Notes under the pieces: generated by a model
The model's input: only the letters and a program-made list of their open reading frames with translations
What the model was told of the DNA's origin: nothing
The model's database searches: none
Position numbers and translations under genes: made by a program
In this document: piece after piece, positions 29,699-38,874 of the stretch
Layout of the letters: each line of letters begins with the position of its first letter
How positions within the stretch are numbered: position 1 is the stretch's first letter
DNA from: Patescibacteria group bacterium
GTDB lineage: Bacteria > Patescibacteriota > Minisyncoccia > Phycocordibacterales > GCA-2747955
NCBI GenBank assembly: GCA_048538215.1
Contig: JBLYPV010000001.1
Coordinates: forward strand, 333,499-397,498
DNA length: 64,000 bases
Direction: 5' to 3'

Positions 29699-30265
29699 TT
29701 GGTAATTGACCTATCAAGGGAGGCCTGGATGCTTGCTCATCTCAAAAAATACGCTCGAATTTCCCCCGCTTTCACCGTACGCGGTAATAGCAATGGATAT
29801 CTCGAGGATTTCTATGCTCACCATATCGGTGAATTTAATGTCGAGCCGATATATACCAATTGTCTCTCAAGAAAATCGGCTCGGCGCTATATTACCGAAA
29901 TTCCTCGTGAGGAGTGGCGGATCCTGCACTGGAAACAAACATGGAAGGAGATTTATACCAGTATATTTGATCCATGGGATAATTTGTATGCCTTTCTTTG
30001 CCCCTATGTATTCTTCTCACATCTTCGATACCTGATTAATCGGAGTGTCCATGATCCACATAGCGCCCTCTCTCTTCCTCTTGGCTACGACTGCGACTAC
30101 GTACAAGCTTTTCTCAAGCTTGATGGAATGGAGCCCGTGCAAGTTTGTATAAGCGGTGACTTCCGTATTCCCAAGTGGCAAATAGACCTCAGAAGCTGGG
30201 ATGGGCACCCCACGATCTGGCGCGAACGTGATAGGATTCTGATCCCTGCACTTAGGGGAGGCTGA
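29699..30265 (+). CDS. hypothetical protein (188 aa, Trp-rich)
   Basis: Intact ORF followed by a strong terminator. Confidence 0.5.
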   Translation: MVIDLSREAWMLAHLKKYARISPAFTVRGNSNGYLEDFYAHHIGEFNVEPIYTNCLSRKSARRYITEIPREEWRILHWKQTWKEIYTSIFDPWDNLYAFLCPYVFFSHLRYLINRSVHDPHSALSLPLGYDCDYVQAFLKLDGMEPVQVCISGDFRIPKWQIDLRSWDGHPTIWRERDRILIPALRGG

Positions 30266-30283
30266 TCCTAGACTGAGAGAAGC

Positions 30284-30316
30284 AAAAAGCCCGGCGCCGA
30301 AGGCGCCGGGCTTTTC
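30284..30316. terminator. bidirectional Rho-independent terminator
   Basis: 'aaaaagcccggcgcc-gaa-ggcgccgggcttttt' between convergent genes. Confidence 0.8.
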
Positions 30317-30332
30317 AAATAGAATACCTATA

Positions 30333-30998
30333 CTAATCATTAAACAATTGTGTAAGATTGAGGAGTGACTGAAACATCATAATGAAATTGATGTACATGT
30401 GAAGCGCTCCAAGAGTTGCCATCTTTGATTTTTGCTCATCATCTTTCAAGTGAGCAAACATCTGCCGATAAGCTTGATTATCATACACCGTCAGAGCTGC
30501 AAAAATTATCAGTGCTACCCCTGAGATAATAAAGCTGAAGGTATCACTTTGTAAAAAAATATTAGCAATAGAAGAAAAGAATATTCCCCATACTGCAGCA
30601 ATCAAGAAAGTGCCCCATCCAGATAAATCATTTTTCGTAAAGTAGCCCCAGACCGCCAAGAAAGCAAACATACTAGCAGCTACCAAGAAAATTACTACCA
30701 CGAGCATCGGGTCAGTAGCGAGGAAGTATGCTAAAAAGCCCGCCATAGTCATGCCATTAAGGGCTGCATAAGCAAGATAGAGCAAAAAAGCATTGGCAGC
30801 TGAAAGCCGATTAATTCCCCACTGCACTCCAAAAAGGATACCTAATTGAATAGCAATTAAGCCGTAAAAATACACGCTATTTTGAAAAATAACTACCAAT
30901 GGTGAATTGATGGTGAGGTATGCCATCGCAGCTGAAATAAGAATTCCTATCACCATCCACTGATAAATTGATCGAAAAAAATCTTGTACAGTATTCAT
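30333..30998 (-). CDS. Bax-inhibitor-1/YccA family membrane protein
   Basis: 7-TM profile with a BI-1-like hydrophobic pattern. The start is trimmed to 'MNTVQDFF' to avoid the mnmA overlap. Confidence 0.6.
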   Translation of the reverse strand: MNTVQDFFRSIYQWMVIGILISAAMAYLTINSPLVVIFQNSVYFYGLIAIQLGILFGVQWGINRLSAANAFLLYLAYAALNGMTMAGFLAYFLATDPMLVVVIFLVAASMFAFLAVWGYFTKNDLSGWGTFLIAAVWGIFFSSIANIFLQSDTFSFIISGVALIIFAALTVYDNQAYRQMFAHLKDDEQKSKMATLGALHMYINFIMMFQSLLNLTQLFND

Positions 30999-31006
30999 AT
31001 GAGATA

Positions 31007-32197
31007 TTATATCATGCTTTGATTTGAGCTTATAATCCCCCCTCCAAGACAAATAGTATCTTGATAAAGTACTAATGATTGCCCTTCTGCTACCCCACTA
31101 TGTGCCTCGCTGAAGCTCAAGCTATATATATCACCATCTACCATCTCGAACTGGGCTTGTAGTAATGCTCCCCGATGGCGAACTCGGCTCACCATCTTAT
31201 CACCCACTTGTGGTGCTTGATTGATCCAAGATGTATTGGTGATGTATATAATTTTTGGATTATATACCTCCAAGGATGGCGAGACGGTAATTGTATTATG
31301 CTTGGTATCCTTAGCAACAATATACATCCGTGGCATATCGGGAGTACGATACTCGGGAGCAATCTCAAAGCCACTACGCTGGCCTATAGTGAGAAAGAAA
31401 GATCCTGAGTGCTTTCCAATGACCTCGCCTACTTCATTTAATACGTCACCTCCTTCTTCATCGATATACTTAGCTAAAAATTTGCGCATCTCTACTGGGC
31501 CTACAAAGCAAATACCTTGGGAGTCTTTTTTTGTGGCAGTAAACAAGCCATATTTTTTTGCGCGACGACGTACCTTGTCTTTCTTCCAGTGTCCAATAGG
31601 AAAAATGGTATGAGATAATTGCTTTTGTGTAAGTTGGTACAAAAAATATGTCTGATCTTTATCAGCATCGGCCCCCATAGCCATGAGGGAGCTAGCTTCT
31701 TGTAACTCTGAGTCTCCACTACCTACTTCTTCTCGGACAAAATGTTGGGCGTAGTGACCAGTAGCAATATAATCTGCGCCCTGCTTGAGTGCCCACTCCA
31801 AAAAGCCTCCAAATTTTACATATTTATTACAAAAAATATCCGGATTGGGGGTGATCCCCGCACGATATGAATCAATCATATAATCAAATACATATTCTTT
31901 GTATTCTTTTTCTAAATCACACTCCATAAAAGGGATTTTTAAGTGCTCACAGACTCGTATAGCATCTAATCGCTCCTCGCGCCAATCACACTCTATCTCT
32001 GGGGGGTAGTATGTTTTTATAAAAACACCGACAACATCATATCCTCGACTTTTTAGCTCTGCAGCCGAAACACTACTGTCGACCCCTCCTGAAACACCCA
32101 CAAATACCCGCGCGCGAGCACCATGGGCTTGCTTTATCGGTGGAAAATAATTACTCATTTTCCTTTGAGAAAGAAAATTTTGAAGTGATTCAAACAT
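31007..32197 (-). CDS. mnmA: tRNA-specific 2-thiouridylase
   Basis: PP-loop 'VGVSGGVDSSV' and the catalytic cysteines. Confidence 0.9.
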   Translation of the reverse strand: MFESLQNFLSQRKMSNYFPPIKQAHGARARVFVGVSGGVDSSVSAAELKSRGYDVVGVFIKTYYPPEIECDWREERLDAIRVCEHLKIPFMECDLEKEYKEYVFDYMIDSYRAGITPNPDIFCNKYVKFGGFLEWALKQGADYIATGHYAQHFVREEVGSGDSELQEASSLMAMGADADKDQTYFLYQLTQKQLSHTIFPIGHWKKDKVRRRAKKYGLFTATKKDSQGICFVGPVEMRKFLAKYIDEEGGDVLNEVGEVIGKHSGSFFLTIGQRSGFEIAPEYRTPDMPRMYIVAKDTKHNTITVSPSLEVYNPKIIYITNTSWINQAPQVGDKMVSRVRHRGALLQAQFEMVDGDIYSLSFSEAHSGVAEGQSLVLYQDTICLGGGIISSNQSMI

Positions 32198-32315
32198 AAA
32201 GTATAGTATAGCAAATAATCACAAAGCAGAGGTGATCGGATGCATACCCTGGTATTTAGATTTGTGCATATTCTCGTTGCCCGATACTCCCCAGCTGGTA
32301 CAATCTATATACTAG

Positions 32316-33713
32316 TTGTATTTCTATATGCTTGCATCAATTTTTCCACTTGTTAGCTCTATTATTTTTCTCTCTTTTGCAGCTGCTGTTTTTCTTAGTG
32401 ATACGCGTGCGCGCGTGAAGTATATCTTTGTCACTCTTTGTTTGGCAACATTCTGGTGGCAATTTTCATGGTTTATTCTCTTTAATACCCACGATGCCGA
32501 GCTCGCCTTGCTAATCTCAAAGATTGGCTATATTGGGGTCCTATTTCTTCCGGTATTGCTCTATCAATTTATCCTTATCATCACAGATAATCGATCCACT
32601 TTTGGTCGGATCATTTTATATGTAAGCTACACCATTAGTACCATTTTTCTCATTTTGCTTCTCACCAGTGATGCCATCATTAGTGGTGTTTCTGATTTTT
32701 CTTGGGGATTTTATCCAAAAGCAGGCAGCTTTCATCCAGCTCTCATTCTCCTCACTTTTATTTTGATGGTAAGTGGGCTCCTGGTACTTTGGAAAAGATA
32801 CCGAGAAACAAGATCATTCGAAAAACAACAGCAAATTAGATTTCTTTTGTATGCAATCATACTCTATAATCTTTCAAGTATAGATTTTATCGCTAATTAT
32901 GAAGTCAATATTTATCCGATAAGCTTTATTGCACTTGGATTTTTTATTTTCCTTATCTGGCAAGGGATATCTCACCACTATTTACTAAAAATATCCAATC
33001 ATTTTAAATATATCCTAAGCTATATTTTTGTATTTATATATATGTGGATTGCCACCGAATTATATATCTTCCTATTCAAAATAATTGGTGTGCTCAGGCT
33101 CTCCCCTCTTGATGAACTCAGCCGACTATTTGTAACTGCGATTCTCGCAGGAGTAGGTATTATTATCTATCACTTTAGTACCAAATTTATTGAACAAGCT
33201 CTTTATAAATACAGGAACCCAAATCGTTTATTGATCAAAATTCACGAAGAAATTATCGATTGCGAATCAAAAAAAGAATTACTAGAAACGATGAGCCAAA
33301 TTTTAGATTTTGTTTTCTCTGTCGATCATGCTTATGTATTGGTAAAAAATGATGCTGATACAAAAGATAATATAGAGATTATTACAAGCCAGCACAGCTC
33401 TAAAAAACACCCGCTAGGAATTGGCTCTCTAAAAGATTTTGCTGGCACTAAGCATAATTTGCCTCAAGAATTAATTACTATTGATAATCTCAAATATTTT
33501 GCCCTGCTTGAAGGTACTCAAGAAAAAATAATTGAAGAGATGAAAATAAATTGTATTGCAGTGATTGCTCCTATGTACTATGAAGAGAATTTTATTGGCA
33601 ATTTGATTTTAGGAGAAAAGCCATATCAAGAGCGCTATACCGAAGAAGAAAAACGCTTTATCGAGCGTATCGTGCCTCTCTTTGCTAAAAAGCTTGCTAC
33701 GTTAAAAAAGTAA
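32316..33713 (+). CDS. membrane sensor protein: 7-TM (7TMR-DISM-like) N-terminus plus cytoplasmic GAF-like domain, no output domain
   Basis: Seven hydrophobic helices followed by a roughly 170-aa alpha/beta domain. No kinase motifs. Confidence 0.55.
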   Translation: MYFYMLASIFPLVSSIIFLSFAAAVFLSDTRARVKYIFVTLCLATFWWQFSWFILFNTHDAELALLISKIGYIGVLFLPVLLYQFILIITDNRSTFGRIILYVSYTISTIFLILLLTSDAIISGVSDFSWGFYPKAGSFHPALILLTFILMVSGLLVLWKRYRETRSFEKQQQIRFLLYAIILYNLSSIDFIANYEVNIYPISFIALGFFIFLIWQGISHHYLLKISNHFKYILSYIFVFIYMWIATELYIFLFKIIGVLRLSPLDELSRLFVTAILAGVGIIIYHFSTKFIEQALYKYRNPNRLLIKIHEEIIDCESKKELLETMSQILDFVFSVDHAYVLVKNDADTKDNIEIITSQHSSKKHPLGIGSLKDFAGTKHNLPQELITIDNLKYFALLEGTQEKIIEEMKINCIAVIAPMYYEENFIGNLILGEKPYQERYTEEEKRFIERIVPLFAKKLATLKK

Positions 33714-33737
33714 ATGATTTATCTCCTGTAGCTCTCT

Positions 33738-33747
33738 GGTATAATAT
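33738..33747 (+). promoter_or_regulatory. extended -10 promoter element (TGGTATAAT) for tRNA-Ser
   Basis: Perfect TGnTATAAT ends about 10 nt before the tRNA 5' end. Confidence 0.5.
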
Positions 33748-33756
33748 CTTCCTATT

Positions 33757-33846
33757 GGAGAGATGGCTGAGCGGCTTAAGGCGCACGCTTGGAAAGCGTG
33801 TGAGGGTTTACGCCCTCCGCGGGTTCGAATCCCGCTCTCTCCGCCA
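33757..33846 (+). tRNA. tRNA-Ser (anticodon GGA), long variable arm, CCA encoded
   Basis: Acceptor stem ggagaga/tctctcc, anticodon loop 'ttGGAaa', T-arm 'gggttcgaatccc', 90 nt. Confidence 0.9.
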
Positions 33847-34336
33847 TTTTACGATTTTGTCGGTTTTGGAAGTTTTACGCACCTGCGGTGCGATTGCCTC
33901 GCCCGCAGGCGAGGCTGAAGGGGCTGATTTTGCAACGATTTGCCACGCTCTGCGTGGCGAAAAAGAAATGTTTTGGTTTTGGATTTGGAAGTTCGAACCA
34001 ATCTTTTTTAGAAAATCCCGAATCCCTTCGGGATTTTCTTTGGAAGCGATAATTTTGGCTTGTTTGCTGTCTTTTATGAATTTCTCGGCGAGTTCGAAAG
34101 ATTTTGTTACACTTAGGTTGTAAAATTCGGATAAAAACGAGTTATGTGCAATTCAAAAAATATTTTTCTTGATGTAAAAAGGAGATAGGCTTTCTAGGAA
34201 TGGGAATAAATTTGATTTTTTCTTTATTTAAAGAGGGGGATAATATTGTGTTTTCTCCGCTCCGCTCCGAAAACGATTTATTTATAAATTGAAAAACATA
34301 ACAAAACTTATATAATACAAATAACTTTTACTTTTT

Positions 34337-35131
34337 ATGGGAAACAATATGACACTAATAGATACAAAATACTTCAAAGAGTATAGAGAAAAACTTGGTT
34401 TTACAAACCAAAATGGAGTTAAGGCATTTTTTGCTGCAAGAGATATAATTCCAACAGTAGATTATAATTATATAAATTTGCTAAATGACAGACTTCTTGA
34501 AATTGTCGCAAAAATAAATGATTTAGTTGTTGAAGATATAAAAGTAGAAGATTTAGATTTGTTTTGTGATGAAAACATTAAAACCGTTTTTGAAAAATTA
34601 AAAAATCACAACATCATTTCAAGACTAAATAATCAAGGAAGAAGACCAGAAGAAGTTTATTTTTCATGGATGCGTGGTTTTGTTATTTCATCATATTTTT
34701 TAAATGCTTTAAGTCAAGTTTTTGAAGTTGATATAGAAAATATTGATTTAATCGGAGATGACGATTTAGTAAATATTGAAACTTTCAAAAGAACACCAAA
34801 AGCAGATTTACAAATTAATTTAAAAAATGGTGAAAAAGTTAGAATTGAAGTTCAGTCAGGATTTCAAGGAATTAACGACATTAAACAGCATAAAGTTTTG
34901 GAAGCTAAAAAAATCAAAAGAGAAGAAAACATTTCTTCAATGGTAATTCATTTTGATTTATTTAATGGTCAAGTTGCTTTCGTAAAAATAGATAAAATTG
35001 ACGATGATAGTGTTAATTGGATAACAAGACAACAAATGGAAGGTCAAACTGTTTTTAATATAGACCAAAATTATTTTGCTTGGAAACTAACTGAAAATCC
35101 ACCTAAATATACAGATTTATCTTTTTCATAA
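34337..35131 (+). CDS. putative Type II restriction endonuclease (partner of the downstream C5-MTase)
   Basis: 264-aa ORF 10 bp upstream of a C5-MTase on the same strand, with the same low-GC codon usage. It contains a possible PD-(D/E)xK-like segment 'PKADLQINL...RIEVQSG'. No family confirmed. Confidence 0.4.
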   Translation: MGNNMTLIDTKYFKEYREKLGFTNQNGVKAFFAARDIIPTVDYNYINLLNDRLLEIVAKINDLVVEDIKVEDLDLFCDENIKTVFEKLKNHNIISRLNNQGRRPEEVYFSWMRGFVISSYFLNALSQVFEVDIENIDLIGDDDLVNIETFKRTPKADLQINLKNGEKVRIEVQSGFQGINDIKQHKVLEAKKIKREENISSMVIHFDLFNGQVAFVKIDKIDDDSVNWITRQQMEGQTVFNIDQNYFAWKLTENPPKYTDLSFS

Positions 35132-35140
35132 GGTATAATT

Positions 35141-36259
35141 ATGGCTAAAAAAATTAAAATTATAGACTTATTTGCAGGAGTTGGAGGATTAAGTTATGGC
35201 TTTGCTCATGACGATAATTTTGAAATTGTTGCAGCAAATGAAATTTTGCCGAATATGGCAAAAGCATACGAACTAAACCATCCGTCTGTAAAAGTATATT
35301 GCAAAGATATTAAAGAATTTGGAATTAAAGATTTAGAAAAAGATTTTGGAATTAAAAAAGGAGATGTTGATTTAATTGTTGGGGGTCCTCCTTGTCAAGC
35401 ATATTCAACAGTTGGCAAAAGACTGATAGATGATCCAAAAGGTAAATTGTTTCAAGAATATTACAGAATTCTTAAAGAATTAGACCCGAAAGTATTTTTA
35501 TTTGAAAATGTAAAAGGACTTTTATCGATGCAGGGTGGAGAATTGTTAAAAACAATTATTTCTTTGTTTGAATCATTAGGATATAAAGTTGTCTATAAGG
35601 TTTTAAATTCTGCTGATTATGGAGCACCACAAGTAAGAGAAAGAGTTATAATAATTGGAACAAAACTTAACTCTAAATTTAATTATCCTGAATCAACACA
35701 TTATAATCCAGAAGAAGAGCAAACTCTTTTGACACAAGAATTAAAACCATATTTAACTTTGGCAGAAGCAATAAGCGATCTTCCATTTATTAAAAGTAGT
35801 GAAGAAAGTTTTGAGTATTCTACTGAACCAGCAAATGAATTTCAAAAATTAATGAGAAAAAATGCTCCTGAAAAATTAATGGATCATAATGCTCCAAATA
35901 ATAATGAAAACTTAGTGAAGATTATGGAAAATCTGCCTGATGGCGGAACTCCAAAGGATTTACCAGAAGAATTAAGACCAAAAAGTGGTTTTGCAAATAC
36001 TTACTGTAGGCTTTGGTGGAATAGACCAAGTACAACAATTACAAGAAATTTAAGCACTCCTTCATCTTCAAGATGTATTCATCCGAAAGCACCAAGACCA
36101 CTAACGACAAGAGAAGGAGCAAGAATACAATGTTTTCCTGATAATTATGTTTTCTATGGTTCAAGAAGTGATAAAAATTTACAAATTGGAAATGCAGTAC
36201 CGACATTTTTATCAAGTGCTTTAAAAGATTCAATTAAGAAACATTTTTTAGAAGAATAA
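35141..36259 (+). CDS. dcm: DNA (cytosine-5)-methyltransferase
   Basis: Motif I 'DLFAGVGG', motif IV 'GGPPCQAYS', motif VI 'ENVKGL', and the C-terminal 'QIGNAVP'. Confidence 0.9.
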   Translation: MAKKIKIIDLFAGVGGLSYGFAHDDNFEIVAANEILPNMAKAYELNHPSVKVYCKDIKEFGIKDLEKDFGIKKGDVDLIVGGPPCQAYSTVGKRLIDDPKGKLFQEYYRILKELDPKVFLFENVKGLLSMQGGELLKTIISLFESLGYKVVYKVLNSADYGAPQVRERVIIIGTKLNSKFNYPESTHYNPEEEQTLLTQELKPYLTLAEAISDLPFIKSSEESFEYSTEPANEFQKLMRKNAPEKLMDHNAPNNNENLVKIMENLPDGGTPKDLPEELRPKSGFANTYCRLWWNRPSTTITRNLSTPSSSRCIHPKAPRPLTTREGARIQCFPDNYVFYGSRSDKNLQIGNAVPTFLSSALKDSIKKHFLEE

Positions 36260-36529
36260 GGAGTTTTGAAAAATGAAATACAATAATACAAAGCCCACCA
36301 AAAACGGAATAATATTGATAAATTTTTCAAAAATACGCAAGGCACATTGCACTCTCACTCCGCTATCGCTCCGTTCGGCTCGCCTAACACAGTATATGCG
36401 GTTCACTCGTTGCACTTCGCTCTCCCATATTTTGCTCCGTTTCACTCCGCAAAACATCGCATATACTGAAACGTTGTTCGCAATTGATAGGAAACAAAAA
36501 TTTATAAACAAAATAAAATATAAAATCTT

Positions 36530-36706
36530 ATGAAGCAAAAAAATCAAAATTTAATTGGAATTATAAGTGCAATTACTTCAGGAATTGCTTTTTTAGCAAT
36601 AAAATATCTTTTTTCTGGAGAAATTGATTTTTTAACTTCAATTATATTTATGTTAACTTTTGGAACTACCTATATTTTGTTACATAAATTTTTTGGTAAA
36701 AAGTGA
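36530..36706 (+). CDS. 58-aa two-TM small membrane peptide (holin/toxin-like)
   Basis: ATG...TGA ORF below the track cutoff. 'NLIGIISAITSGIAFLAIKYLF' and 'FLTSIIFMLTFGTTYILL' are hydrophobic helices. Confidence 0.35.
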   Translation: MKQKNQNLIGIISAITSGIAFLAIKYLFSGEIDFLTSIIFMLTFGTTYILLHKFFGKK

Positions 36707-36826
36707 TTTTGTTTCCTATCAACTTCTTCGGAGTTTTTCCAAAACTCCTCGACCACGCTGCGCTCTCCTCCTTTCAGTCGTCGGGGCGTATAACATGGAA
36801 TAAAAGAACAGCTTGGAATAGACGAG

Positions 36827-38062
36827 GTGGATGAAAATTTAGATTTACCAGAAGGCAAAGAACACGATGATGACAAAAAAAAGCATGGTGGAAAAGAAGA
36901 TCAACATAACGACATCTTAAAAAAAGAGGATTTAGCAAAGAAAGGAGGCGGAGATAAAAAAGACGGAGAAACTGGTGAGGGAGATAAAGGAAAGCCAAGC
37001 GAGGGTAAGTGAAAAGATGGAGAAGCTGGACACGGAGAGGGAGAAAAAGGCGAAGCAGGTAAAGGTAAAGGTGATAAGGGAGAGGCTGGCGCAGGAAAAG
37101 GAGACAAAGGTGAACCCTCTGGCATGGGACAGGGCGGAAAAGAGGGCATGGAAAATAAAGACGAAACAGGGTTACCTCCTGAATCCGCAGAAGCCGAACA
37201 AAAAAAAGTAAGCCAGGAAGGATTTTTAGTGGGCGGAGGCAAGAGCAAGTCAATCTATGCCGAACGAGTACAAAATTCCCTCATTACACACGAAGGAGAA
37301 AGCTTAACAAAAAAGGATATTGAAGAAAGAGAAAAAAGAGTTGAAAAAGTTGATCGTCGCGAGCGTTATGAAGCACGACCAGACAAAGCAAGTATGCGTG
37401 AGGTTATTAGGAGCTTACGCAGAATCATTACTGATGTATCAGAAGTCAAAAGTAGTGATGTTGATCTAAAAAGAACAGTCAAAAACTTTGCTCGTCGTGA
37501 TTTTTGATTTGACTATGAACGCGAAAGAGAAAAACAACCTGAGGTGGTTTTACTTATTGATGTAGGTGGGCCAGTAGATGAATGGAGTCCGCTAATGAAA
37601 GAAGTTGCCGAGGAAATGGCAAAAGGTCTAACGAAACTTGAAGTTTACTTATTCCATAATAATCTCTATGGATATGTATGGAAACCAGACCCAAAAGATT
37701 TACTTGCCTCTAGTTATGCAAAACCAAATTCGTTGATTGATATAAAAAAGGTAATTAAAAAGAGAAAGAAAGTAATTGTATATGGCGACGCGGAAATGTC
37801 ATACTCTGAATTTGAAGGTGACGGCTGGCCTCCAAGTGGCAACGACGAAAGAGTAGAAAAGTTTGGGATGGGTGGCGATGAGTGTTTAAATTTCATTAAG
37901 AAAAAAGCAGACTCGGTTGTGTGGATCAATCCTGTGTTTGCAAAAGAGTGGGAAGAAAGGGATGACTCGGGAACAATTGGAGCGATTAGTGAGATTGTGC
38001 CGATGCATGATCTAACTGTAGGTGGTGTGGAGGATGCAATTAAGGAGCTGATGAAGAAATAA
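36827..38062 (+). pseudogene. VWA-like (CoxE-type) domain protein with N-terminal Gly/Lys/Glu low-complexity region. One frame is interrupted by two in-frame TGA codons (37010-37012 and 37505-37507). It is either a pseudogene or a TGA-sense gene.
   Basis: Track ORFs 36827..37012, 37124..37507 and 37544..38062 all share frame 2 and are separated only by TGA. The C-terminal 'VVLLIDVGGP...LEVYLFHNNLYGYVW...VIVYGDAEM' resembles a VWA/CoxE fold. Confidence 0.55.
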
Positions 38063-38237
38063 AGGGAGCTTCCGCTTGCGCGCGCATGGGTGGGTTGGGG
38101 CAAGCGCATATAGATTTACTTGTGACATTCGGACATTCGCTAGGGTGGCGGAAAGTGCTCGTGGTGTAATATAGGCTCAAATGAAAGCCTTAAATGGGTA
38201 GAGAGACTTGAATTTGTGGAGAAAAACCTTGGGGCTT

Positions 38238-38816
38238 TCATCTATCAAAAATTTTTTCAATAGTAGACTCAATATACATTCCCACTCCGTGCGCAATTTC
38301 CGCCCACGCCATTGCCAATGCTAGAAATATAAGACTCTCCCCTGGTACCCCCTGATACTCCAAGCCCAAAGATGCTATTTGTGATTGAACAATATTGCCA
38401 CCAAACAAAGCAAGAGCAAAAAGTGACACTAGTAGATACTGCGCATCATTGATCATCTCTATATAAAATAGCTTTATACGCCCTCGATAGGCAGCGAGAG
38501 CGCTATCAAATCCAGCAAAGCCGATAATCCAGCCGATAGCTGTATAAAACCATAAGCTCTCTTGATAGCCAAAATATATTATCGCTGCGCCAATGATAGT
38601 CATCACAAATCCTAGCATAATCACTCCTCCCCTATTCATCCCCCAACGCATAATAGCTCCCTGCAAAATCATTCGGAGAATCCGTGCTGCCAAAATACCA
38701 TACACCCAAGTAAGGAGAATGCTAATCATCACTGGTGAAACCACCGTAGGAAATATCCATAGCAGGGTGAGTGCTGTAGCGATAACAAAGGTCGTACTGT
38801 CAATATATCGACTCAT
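38238..38816 (-). CDS. hypothetical integral membrane protein (192 aa)
   Basis: 5-6 TM helices. Confidence 0.5.
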   Translation of the reverse strand: MSRYIDSTTFVIATALTLLWIFPTVVSPVMISILLTWVYGILAARILRMILQGAIMRWGMNRGGVIMLGFVMTIIGAAIIYFGYQESLWFYTAIGWIIGFAGFDSALAAYRGRIKLFYIEMINDAQYLLVSLFALALFGGNIVQSQIASLGLEYQGVPGESLIFLALAMAWAEIAHGVGMYIESTIEKIFDR

Positions 38817-38874
38817 GCTGTAAATATAAGTAATAGCTGTATCCTAGCATAGAGGCTTGATTCTGTCTGATAAC

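Noticed and set aside
33755-34123. ORF 33755..34123 (122 aa).
   Set aside because: It overlaps tRNA-Ser and the GC-rich hairpin cluster. It has no RBS, and the amino-acid composition reflects translated hairpins.
36774-37253. Minus-strand ORFs 36774..37253 and 36901..37248 encoding Leu/Pro-rich proteins.
   Set aside because: They run antisense to the purine-rich GAA/GGA/AAA repeat of the plus-strand gene. Low-complexity reverse-complement translations are artefacts.
36827-37507. Three separate small Gly/Lys/Glu-rich ORFs (36827..37012, 36975..37211, 37124..37507) plus a separate 172-aa gene (37544..38062).
   Set aside because: The first, third and fourth are in the same frame, separated only by TGA. 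The middle one (36975..37211) is an out-of-frame overlap artefact of the purine-rich repeat.
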